From positions 90,001 through 122,000 of the forward strand of contig OY970350.1 in assembly GCA_963718045.1 (NCBI GenBank): a stretch of DNA of 32,000 bases, given 5' to 3'. The DNA comes from Candidatus Saccharimonadota bacterium (GTDB taxonomy: Bacteria > Patescibacteriota > Saccharimonadia > Saccharimonadales > UBA4665). Below the pieces are notes generated by a model. That model did not search any database and was not told the DNA's origin. It was given only the letters and a program-made list of their open reading frames with translations. Shown in pieces: positions 22,849-32,000 of this stretch. The translations under genes were made by a program, and so were the position numbers. Positions within the stretch are counted from its first letter, which is position 1. Every line of letters begins with the position of its first letter.

Positions 22849-23416
22849 TTCGGTTACTCCTTACGACAAATGTTAATTGTTTGCCGGCTAATGCTGGCTG
22901 TTGATCAACTAATATTTTATCACCTAATTGGTTGATAACTTTCTGGGCTAGTTGAAAACCAATATCTTTGTGAGCTTGCTCTCTACCTCTGTAAAAAAGG
23001 GTAAATTTAACCTTATTACCTTCATCAAGAAACTTTAATGCTTGATTGAGCTTGATATTGAGATCATGCTCGCCAATCTTAAGGCCAAACCTTATTTGCT
23101 TAAGCTCGGTGCCTTTGGAGGCTTTCCGGTTTTTTTGCAGCTGCTTAGTCCGATGGTAATTATATTTTCCCCAGTCGGTTACTTTAACAATCGGTGGGTC
23201 GGATTCAGGCGATATTTCAACTAAATCCAATTCTTGCTGTACAGCAATTTGAAGCGCTTCAACGCGGCTCATAATTCCCAATTGTTTTCCGTCATCATCA
23301 ATGACTCTAAGCATAGGGGCCCTAATGTTTTCATTAAGGCGTATTAGTTTGGCTATAGGTATAGTCTCCTCATTAGATAGTGCAGGCATTCTATCAGATA
23401 AACTATTTCTAGACAA
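22826..23416 (-). CDS. infC: Translation initiation factor IF-3 (start uncertain; probable non-canonical AUA start at 23356)
   Basis: IRLNENIRAPMLRVIDDDGKQLGIMSRVEALQIAVQQELDLVEISP and the C-domain KQIRFGLKIGEHDLNIK match IF-3. The maximal ORF starts at TTG 23416. A strong SD, GAGGAG (23366-23371), lies 9 nt before ATA 23356, which would give about 176 aa. Confidence 0.9.
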   Translation of the reverse strand: MSRNSLSDRMPALSNEETIPIAKLIRLNENIRAPMLRVIDDDGKQLGIMSRVEALQIAVQQELDLVEISPESDPPIVKVTDWGKYNYHRTKQLQKNRKASKGTELKQIRFGLKIGEHDLNIKLNQALKFLDEGNKVKFTLFYRGREQAHKDIGFQLAQKVINQLGDKILVDQQPALAGKQLTFVVRSNRNAKAKNP

Positions 23417-23428
23417 TCGGTATAACTA

Positions 23429-23462
23429 AAATACCTTGCCCGTTTTAGCAGGCAAGGTATTT
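23429..23462. other. 12-bp perfect hairpin next to the infC 5' end
   Basis: AAATACCTTGCC (23429-23440) pairs with GGCAAGGTATTT (23451-23462) around a 10-nt loop. The strand of action is unresolved. Confidence 0.4.
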
Positions 23463-23514
23463 GTTGGTGTTTGTGGTATAGCTTTTGTTTGTTATTTTGA
23501 TGATTTTTTTCTAT

Positions 23515-23545
23515 GGAACAACGGCTTGCGAGAAGCCGTTGTTTC
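23515..23545 (+). terminator. Hairpin + T-rich tail, copy B of the GGCTTGCGAGA-apex hairpin
   Basis: A 13-bp stem, GGAACAACGGCTT (23515-23527) with AAGCCGTTGTTTC (23533-23545), has one G-U pair that is only valid on the + strand. The loop is GCGAG. It is followed by TTTAAGCTTTTTGTTTTT. Confidence 0.35.
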
Positions 23546-23961
23546 TTTAAGCTTTTTGTTTTTGAGCACTTTATTTGTTCAGTGCTAGAAATATAATAGT
23601 TTAACAAGATGGGGCAGTCAATAACTTTTATGGTTATTTTTATCTAAAACTGTGCATAACTTTTTAGTTGTTTTTTCCGTTTTTGAAAGTCTAAAAAAAC
23701 ACGAAAAGTTTGAACACTAAACACACACATTTTTTGTCTGATTGACTTTTAAGCATATACGTGTTAGATTGTTTTAGTAAGTCACAAAAACAAAAAAACT
23801 TACCAAAACATTTTTGCCCATTTAGCCCTAAAGGCTTAATGAGCGGTCAGTCAGCCGATTGGCAACAAGCGCTATATATTAAAATTTTTTTGGTGCATTT
23901 GTTGCCACGGCACAAGGAACTTTATTAGCTGCTTTAATATATAATTAGAGCAGCTTTTTAT

Positions 23962-24327
23962 ATGAAGATACAAATTCTTAAAACTAGATCATTTTTGGAG
24001 CTAATGGCAGTTATAGCTCTTGATGCCATATTCTTCGGCATCACAAACCCGGGTAAGGTCAATTCACTATGGCTAATAGTCGGTATTGTCCTTTTAGGTA
24101 TTAGTCTGTATGTAGTTATTAAGATTCTATTGGTCTTTTTAGTAAAATTGGGCTTTAAGATTAAAAATAGGCGTAAATTAGCCATTTTTACAGCCTCTCT
24201 CATCTGTTTTTTGCTGGCCCTACAGTCTATCGGGCAGCTATCGATAAGAGATGTCCTAATTATCGTCCCTATAACTGTTCTTCTATATGTCTATCTGACT
24301 TTCATCAGACCAAAAACATTCCTTTAA
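23962..24327 (+). CDS. Small polytopic membrane protein, uncharacterised
   Basis: 121 aa with 3-4 hydrophobic segments. TATAAT at 23940-23945 lies upstream. It is the first gene of a + strand run ending with the VirD4-like ATPase. Confidence 0.5.
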   Translation: MKIQILKTRSFLELMAVIALDAIFFGITNPGKVNSLWLIVGIVLLGISLYVVIKILLVFLVKLGFKIKNRRKLAIFTASLICFLLALQSIGQLSIRDVLIIVPITVLLYVYLTFIRPKTFL

Positions 24328-24369
24328 CGCGTAATAGATTTAAGGTACCTAACACATCTACTTATTTGT

Positions 24370-24792
24370 TTGTATAATATAAGAATGCCTCCAGAAGAAA
24401 ATAGCGAGACTCCTAAATATAATTTGCCACCTCCAGTAACCGAAACGGGTGGTGATTTTGCTGTGGAGCAAGATATTTCGCCGGCGGCACCTGAAAGTGC
24501 GCCCAGGCCAACAGTTCCTAGACTGAATAACTCTAATTCTCAAGTTCCAAACTTTCAAATAGGCACAACCTTGACGCCTAAACCAACTCCCGTTGCATCT
24601 ACTACATCAACTTCAGACTATCCAATGGTTGCTGATGACAACGATTTGATTGAAAAGGAATGGGTGGCAAAAGCCAAGAAAATTATAGAGGAAAACAGGG
24701 TAGATCCACATAATCAAAGTAAGGAAATGAACCTATTTAAAGCCGACTATATGAAGAAACGTTACAACAAAGTCATTGAGGTTAGTGAGTAA
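24370..24792 (+). CDS. Uncharacterised protein: Pro/Thr-rich disordered N-half and conserved-looking helical C-half
   Basis: The ORF track starts at TTG 24370. ATG 24385 (MPPEENSE) is more likely, because TATAAT at 24373-24378 places +1 on the A of that ATG, which suggests a leaderless mRNA. The C-terminal sequence is DLIEKEWVAKAKKIIEENRVDPHNQSKEMNLFKADYMKKRYNK. Confidence 0.5.
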   Translation: MYNIRMPPEENSETPKYNLPPPVTETGGDFAVEQDISPAAPESAPRPTVPRLNNSNSQVPNFQIGTTLTPKPTPVASTTSTSDYPMVADDNDLIEKEWVAKAKKIIEENRVDPHNQSKEMNLFKADYMKKRYNKVIEVSE

Positions 24793-24797
24793 ATCAA

Positions 24798-27700
24798 ATG
24801 GGATTTATATTAAAAATGCTGGCGATATTAGTAGGCCTACTTTTAATAGTTGGTCCTGTTATTTTTTATCAAATCCGACGTATTATCCGTGAACAAAAGA
24901 ATTACGAACGAGGTCTTAAGATAGTCCCACTGCTTATCCATCTGCCGCCAACTAGCGATGACACAGAGGTAGGTATGAGAGACACCAGAGACGTTAATGA
25001 AGAGACTATTTCTAAGGCTCAGATTATCTATAACATCATTGCTAGTACCTGGCAGAAGGGCTTTAAGCATAAATTTTATGGCCAGCGGCACTTTGCTTTT
25101 GAGATAGTAGGTGTAGAAGGCTTTATTTACTTCTATGCCGCTGTGCCCGTCGCCTTATTAGATGTCGTTAGGCAGGCTGTTATTAGTGCTTATCCGACAG
25201 CCAGATTAGAAGAGGTGGCGGAGCATAATATTTTCAATAAAGTAGGCAAGTTAGACGGTACTCTTGGCGGTGAACTAGTTCTCAAAGATTCCTACGCTTA
25301 TCCTATCGCCACATATATGGACCTTAAAAGAGATGCTTTGCAATCCATCCTTAGCTCTATGGCCAATCTGTCTAAAGAAGATGGTGCGGCTATCCAGATA
25401 CTTCTTAGGCCGGCAGATAATAAGTGGCGTAAAGTTGTTCAAAGCTTCTCTGATTCAAAGAGGAAGGGTGGCTCTAGTAGTCACTCTGGTCTAGGTTCTA
25501 TATCATGGTGGGCTAAGAGTATACTCATAGCCTTGTTCAAACCGCCGGAGCATAAAGATACCGCTGAAAAGCGGAAAGAGTTGTCGAATTTAGAACAAGC
25601 AACGCTAGATTCTATCGATGATAAGACACGACATGCCGCTTTTGAGGTAGTAATCAGGGTTGTTGTATCTTCTAATGTCAGCCAGCGTGCACAAGGAGTT
25701 CTTAGCCAAATAATAGCTAGCTTCGCGCTCTTTGATCAGCCAGGTAAGAACGGCTTTAAGTACGTACCAGCTAAAGACACCGACGATCTGGTCACCTCTT
25801 ATATAATGAGATTTTTCCCTCAGCACAACAATCATACAATCTTGAACGCTGTCGAGCTTGCAACATTATTCCATTTCCCAGATCAAAACAATATCCCTAC
25901 CAGTCAGCTGGTAAAACAGTCTTCTAAACAGGTAGACGGTCCAAGAAACATCCCCGAGGATGGACTGTTGTTGGGATTCAATGTCTTTAGAGGTGCAAGG
26001 AAGCCTATCAGATTAGCTTTGCATGACCGACAACGACATGTCTACGCTGTCGGTCAGACTGGTACCGGTAAATCTATGTTCCTCGAGAATTTAGCCTTGC
26101 AGGATATGTTGAATGGCAACGGTTTCGCCTTTGTAGACCCTCATGGTGATACGGTAGAGAACCTATTGGCTATGATACCTAAGGAAAGAACCGAAGACCT
26201 TATTTACTTCTCACCTGGGGATATGGACTATCCTATGGGGCTTAATCTGTTTGAATTCCATTCGCCTGAACAAAAAGATTTCCTTATCCAGGAAGCTCTT
26301 AATATGCTGTATAAACTTTATGACCCTCAGCACCAGGGGATAATGGGTCCAAGGTACGAACACTTGTTTAGGATGGCTGCCCTAACAGTTATGGCTGATC
26401 CAGCCGGCGGAACCTTTGTAGATATTCCTAAACTATTTAGGGACCCTAGGTACGTTGATCAGAAACTGAAGTATGTAACAGATCAGAATGTGATTGAGTT
26501 CTGGAAGAAGGAAATGCCCCAGAGTCAAAGGTCTAACGACTTTGGTGAAGTTGTTAGCTGGTTTGTTTCTAAATTCGGTGCCTTCTTAAGCAACGATATG
26601 ATGCGTAACATTATCGGTCAGACAGAGAGTGCCTTTAATCTTAGGGACATCATGGATAACCAAAAGATCCTCTTGGTTAATCTAAGTAAAGGCGCTACGG
26701 GCGAGTTAAACTCAAAACTTCTAGGCATGATTTTTGTTATGAAGTTTCAAGCAGCGGCCATGAGCCGGGTAGATGTTCCGGAAAAAGAAAGAAAAGACTT
26801 TGCTCTATATGTCGATGAGTTCCAGAACTTCTCAACAGATAGCTTGGCAACAATAATGTCGGAAGCTAGGAAGTTCCATTTGAACCTAATTGTAGCCAAC
26901 CAGTTTACTACCCAGTTATCTCCGGAAATTAGGGATGCTGTCTTCGGTAACATTGGTACCATAGTATCCTTCAGAATAGGTCAGAACGATGTGGAGAGTA
27001 TAGGTAAATACTTCCAGCCGGTCTTTGATGCCGAGGATCTATTACGGATTCCTAACTATAACACCGTGGTGAGAACCCTTATAGGCGGGGTACCAACCCA
27101 GCCGTTTACTATGGCCACACTGCCTCAGCTTGGTACACCCAATAAACGTTTAGCCGAAGCCCTAAAACAGCTTTCAGCGGCTAAATACGGCCGTCCTAAG
27201 GCAATTGTTGAGAAAGAAATCTTTGCCCGCATGGCTACCAAGGAAGAGCCAAGACCAGCGTATAGCTCTTCAGCTCTTGGTGCTACTGGTTCGACTGCTT
27301 CGCCTTACGCTAACACTCAAATGCCGGCATCTAACCCTTGGTCTCGACCTGGCCAGCCTCCGGCTCCCATGGGGCAAGCATCTGTTCCTACGCCTAAAAC
27401 TGGCGGATCATTTATTGATGAATGGTTAACCAAGAAGCGCTCAATGCCGCTTGCGGGTGTTCCAGCACCTAACCCATATGCCATGAACGAACCAGCTCAA
27501 GGAGTAGCTACGACTGCTCCAGTTAGCAGCCAGACCATAAGCCAGCCCTTAAGTCCCATGCCAATGGCTCCGATATCTTCTACGCCTAATTCAGTTCCAG
27601 CTTCAACGGCGTTAACGCCGGCTGGCCAAAACGAAATTGAACAATCAGGGTTAGATAAGTCTGCCGGTGCGCTACAAACCGAACCAGATACCTCAACGAC

Positions 27701-27845
27701 GCCTAATATTGATGTTGCTAAAAAGCCCCAGCCCAAGCCAACATCAGGCCACATGCGTGAAGGTGACACCATATTTATAGACCGTGAAGGACAGTTGAAA
27801 TCCAAGGATACTAAGGTTACCAAAGATACTACCCTAAAAGTCTAA
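24798..27845 (+). CDS. VirD4/TraD-like (type IV coupling protein-like) P-loop ATPase with N-terminal TM anchor, unassigned N-domain and long disordered C-tail
   Basis: 1015 aa. Motifs: Walker A AVGQTGTGKS (nt 26052-26075), FVDPHGD, Walker B LYVDEFQNF (nt about 26805-26831), and ARKFHLNLIVANQFTTQL. The N-terminus has one TM segment (MLAILVGLLLIVGPVIFY). The last roughly 230 aa are P/S/T/A-rich low complexity. Confidence 0.75.
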   Translation: MGFILKMLAILVGLLLIVGPVIFYQIRRIIREQKNYERGLKIVPLLIHLPPTSDDTEVGMRDTRDVNEETISKAQIIYNIIASTWQKGFKHKFYGQRHFAFEIVGVEGFIYFYAAVPVALLDVVRQAVISAYPTARLEEVAEHNIFNKVGKLDGTLGGELVLKDSYAYPIATYMDLKRDALQSILSSMANLSKEDGAAIQILLRPADNKWRKVVQSFSDSKRKGGSSSHSGLGSISWWAKSILIALFKPPEHKDTAEKRKELSNLEQATLDSIDDKTRHAAFEVVIRVVVSSNVSQRAQGVLSQIIASFALFDQPGKNGFKYVPAKDTDDLVTSYIMRFFPQHNNHTILNAVELATLFHFPDQNNIPTSQLVKQSSKQVDGPRNIPEDGLLLGFNVFRGARKPIRLALHDRQRHVYAVGQTGTGKSMFLENLALQDMLNGNGFAFVDPHGDTVENLLAMIPKERTEDLIYFSPGDMDYPMGLNLFEFHSPEQKDFLIQEALNMLYKLYDPQHQGIMGPRYEHLFRMAALTVMADPAGGTFVDIPKLFRDPRYVDQKLKYVTDQNVIEFWKKEMPQSQRSNDFGEVVSWFVSKFGAFLSNDMMRNIIGQTESAFNLRDIMDNQKILLVNLSKGATGELNSKLLGMIFVMKFQAAAMSRVDVPEKERKDFALYVDEFQNFSTDSLATIMSEARKFHLNLIVANQFTTQLSPEIRDAVFGNIGTIVSFRIGQNDVESIGKYFQPVFDAEDLLRIPNYNTVVRTLIGGVPTQPFTMATLPQLGTPNKRLAEALKQLSAAKYGRPKAIVEKEIFARMATKEEPRPAYSSSALGATGSTASPYANTQMPASNPWSRPGQPPAPMGQASVPTPKTGGSFIDEWLTKKRSMPLAGVPAPNPYAMNEPAQGVATTAPVSSQTISQPLSPMPMAPISSTPNSVPASTALTPAGQNEIEQSGLDKSAGALQTEPDTSTTPNIDVAKKPQPKPTSGHMREGDTIFIDREGQLKSKDTKVTKDTTLKV

Positions 27846-28405
27846 ACCGAACGTCTACCTCTAATTATCCGTATAAAGGCTTCAATTAGTAAGCCAATAA
27901 TAAAGCCGCCAACAAGCAACAATAGAAAGATCGTATAGTTGTACTTAAGGCCGATATGCTTCGTAAAGTACAAATATGTACCTGTGCCAAGAAAAGCCAC
28001 TATACCGCCTCCTAGAAGTCCAGAAGGCCTAGTTAAGGTCTTAGAAGACACCTCACTAAGAGACCGGATAAGCGGCTGGTGAATAATCTTACTGCCAACC
28101 CTGTCTGAACTATTCATTTTTTTTCTAATATGACTTATCTCTTTACCAAAGTTATTTTTAAGCAGCTCTTTATTAACCGACCTAACAGACGGTTCATTGT
28201 CAGTCTTTTGCTCAGTTTCCATCTTGTCCAAGAGCTTTTCTTTAGAGGCGGATTCTTTGATAACTTCTTGCCTTGCTTCAGCTATTTGAGCAGCTGGATT
28301 TTCTTCAGGACTGGATTCTAATTCAACTTTGTTTTTTAAGTCTTCAGGTGTAAATGGGTGACTAGTTTCCTGAACTTCAGCCCTGCCTTTCAATGCTTCG
28401 TTCAC
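27842..28405 (-). CDS. Uncharacterised membrane protein (acidic/Lys-rich N-half, two C-terminal TM helices)
   Basis: 187 aa. The C-terminal region reads GGGIVAFLGTGTYLYF...IFLLLLVGGFIIGLLIEAFI. It is coupled to the upstream minus-strand ORF by a 4-nt overlap. Confidence 0.5.
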   Translation of the reverse strand: MNEALKGRAEVQETSHPFTPEDLKNKVELESSPEENPAAQIAEARQEVIKESASKEKLLDKMETEQKTDNEPSVRSVNKELLKNNFGKEISHIRKKMNSSDRVGSKIIHQPLIRSLSEVSSKTLTRPSGLLGGGIVAFLGTGTYLYFTKHIGLKYNYTIFLLLLVGGFIIGLLIEAFIRIIRGRRSV

Positions 28406-28806
28406 GGTGTATCTCCTGACTGTTCAGTTATGGCTATCTTAGACTCCTTGGCTAATAGGTGCGATCTGAATAAGAAGTAACTGGCTATTACGACAACTAT
28501 GGCGCCAATTATGACGCTGTCACCAGGCCTGATGTTGGGCAAAGTAGTTGAAACTCGCCGGACAATATGGGCAGGTGTGCCAGCAGCCGATGCAAAACCG
28601 CCGTTAATTAAGTTATTGGGTGAATGGACGGGAGTTGATTGCGGAGGGCTGAAAAAGGCAAAGATCTGGATTAAAAAGGCGAAAACAATAAATACCAAAC
28701 CGACCTGTCTAATTCTCACTTCTCGTCTCATCCGTTTGGCATAAAAAGATAATTCCTGGACTGATCCTGGAGTGAACGGTAAAGCTGATAGAAGTTTTTC
28801 AAACAT
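28402..28806 (-). CDS. Uncharacterised small membrane protein
   Basis: 134 aa with two TM segments (VGLVFIVFAFLIQIFAFF and SVIIGAIVVVIASYFLF). It is divergent from gyrB. Confidence 0.5.
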   Translation of the reverse strand: MFEKLLSALPFTPGSVQELSFYAKRMRREVRIRQVGLVFIVFAFLIQIFAFFSPPQSTPVHSPNNLINGGFASAAGTPAHIVRRVSTTLPNIRPGDSVIIGAIVVVIASYFLFRSHLLAKESKIAITEQSGDTP

Positions 28807-28872
28807 TTTTAACTTTTTAATTTGCCAGTTAATTTAAGCATAACAGTAATGCCATTAACAATAGTTATAGTT

Positions 28873-28902
28873 TTGCTTAAAAGACCTGATTTAAGGTATA
28901 AT
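28873..28902 (+). promoter_or_regulatory. Candidate gyrB promoter
   Basis: TTGCTT (28873-28878), an 18-nt spacer, then TATAAT (28897-28902). Confidence 0.35.
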
Positions 28903-28919
28903 ATGAGCAGTGGGATTAA

Positions 28920-30917
<1,998 letters not shown>

Positions 30918-30919
30918 CT

Positions 30920-32000
30920 ATGGACAAAGACGTTAACAAAGAAGAACCGGAGATAATCCTTCCTCTAGAGGCGAGCAAGCAAGTCCACTCCCGAATAGTC
31001 GAGAGGCGGACAGCTGAAGACGTCATGGAAGATAACTATCTTCGTTACTCAATGAGCGTTATTGTGGCCCGAGCTCTACCAGACGTTAGAGACGGCCTGA
31101 AGCCAGTACATCGTCGTATTTTATACACCATGAACAGGGATGGACTCCGTTCGTCAGCCAAGACACGTAAAAGCGCAAATGTTGTTGGAGCTGTCATGGG
31201 TGACTTTCATCCGCACGGTGATGCCGCTATTTATGAGGCTATGGTTCGTATGGCTCAGGACTGGAGTATGCGCTACCCATTAGTTAACGGGCAGGGTAAC
31301 TTTGGTTCAATGGATGGGGATCCGCCTGCTGCCATGCGTTATACCGAAGCAAAAATGGCTCGTTTAGCTGAAGAACTGCTGCTGGACATAGATAAAGAGA
31401 CGGTTGACTTTCGGGATAACTACGATGGACGGATGCTAGAGCCTACTGTCCTGCCGGCTAAACTACCTAACTTACTTCTAAATGGCCAGCTTGGAATTGC
31501 TGTCGGTATGGCAACTAATATTCCGCCTCACAACCTGGGTGAATTAGTTGACGCAACCGTTTACCAGATTGAAAACACCGATGCTGTACTTGACGATCTA
31601 CTTAAGTTTGTTAAAGGACCAGATTTCCCAACTGGCGGTGTAGTTTACGGTAAAGAATCACTGCGCGTTGCTTATGCCACTGGTAAGGGCGGGGTTGTTA
31701 CCAGGGGTGTAGCCGAAATTATTGAGGATGCCAAGAATAGGCAGAAGATAATCATTAACGAGATACCTTACGCCTTAAACAAAGAATCGCTGATCATTAA
31801 AATTGCCGATTTAGTCAGGGAAAAGAAGATCTCTGGAATTAGCGATATAAGAGATGAAAGCTCTCGCGGGCAGGTCCGGATAGTAATCGATTTAAAGAAG
31901 GATGCTTTTCCCAGCAAGCTGCTTAACCAGTTATTTAAACTAACACCACTGCAAACGACCTTCCACTTCAATATGCTGGCCTTAATCGACGGCATTCAGC
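30920..32000 (+). CDS. gyrA: DNA gyrase subunit A, 3'-partial (runs off the window)
   Basis: The ATG at 30920 lies 2 nt after the gyrB stop. My translation reads [11 protein letters not shown]...[35 protein letters not shown]...[20 protein letters not shown], the GyrA signature region. The ORF is absent from the track because it has no stop in the window. Confidence 0.95.
   Translation, partial: MDKDVNKEEPEIILPLEASKQVHSRIVERRTAEDVMEDNYLRYSMSVIVARALPDVRDGLKPVHRRILYTMNRDGLRSSAKTRKSANVVGAVMGDFHPHGDAAIYEAMVRMAQDWSMRYPLVNGQGNFGSMDGDPPAAMRYTEAKMARLAEELLLDIDKETVDFRDNYDGRMLEPTVLPAKLPNLLLNGQLGIAVGMATNIPPHNLGELVDATVYQIENTDAVLDDLLKFVKGPDFPTGGVVYGKESLRVAYATGKGGVVTRGVAEIIEDAKNRQKIIINEIPYALNKESLIIKIADLVREKKISGISDIRDESSRGQVRIVIDLKKDAFPSKLLNQLFKLTPLQTTFHFNMLALIDGIQ

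Noticed and set aside
23353-23607. 84-aa minus-strand ORF and the 81-aa ORF at 23958-24203 (minus)
   Set aside because: Both are low-complexity translations of AT-rich spacer, or antisense to better-supported genes (infC and the 121-aa membrane protein). They have no SD or motifs.
27497-27823. 108-aa minus-strand ORF, together with other long antisense ORFs (5941-6231, 9963-10283, 1758-2108, 2770-3135, 30461-30766, 31768-31995)
   Set aside because: Each is embedded antisense or out of frame in a gene with unambiguous family motifs. These are typical shadow ORFs.

Overview
This window is a gene-dense, mostly housekeeping chromosomal segment that uses the standard genetic code. It carries about 35 credible CDSs, 6 tRNAs that all have an encoded CCA end, and an RNase P RNA. 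The gene content and style suggest a reduced, monoderm-type genome such as Patescibacteria/CPR, possibly Saccharibacteria-like. Supporting traits are a compact type IV pilus operon without outer-membrane components, very short or overlapping intergenic spacers, and extended -10 promoters. This lineage call is inference, not proof. Left to right: pilB(partial)-pilT-pilC-pilin-pilD; a Xer-type recombinase; ndk; tRNA-Arg; two membrane or PPIase-like proteins; tRNA-Asp; a GNAT-like ORF; an NRAMP transporter; tRNA-Thr and tRNA-Gly; a small membrane protein plus a processive GT2 synthase; nrdR; tRNA-Val overlapped by an HTH/LAGLIDADG-like gene; a T-box-like leader plus thrS; an ATL protein; miaA; a wHTH protein; an MBL-fold protein; rpmB; an unclassified structured RNA; an M50 protease; a MazG-like protein; tRNA-Pro; a PCD-like/RNase HI fusion; rnpB; infC-rpmI-rplT; a 545-nt AT-rich spacer; a cluster of uncharacterised small proteins around a 1015-aa VirD4/TraD-like ATPase; gyrB and gyrA(partial). 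The best candidates for something undescribed are the orphan coupling-ATPase cluster (23962-28806), the structured RNA at 19844-19989, the thrS T-box-like leader, the tRNA-overlapping LAGLIDADG-like gene, and the PCD/RNase H fusion. No CRISPR array, transposase or prophage signature was seen.
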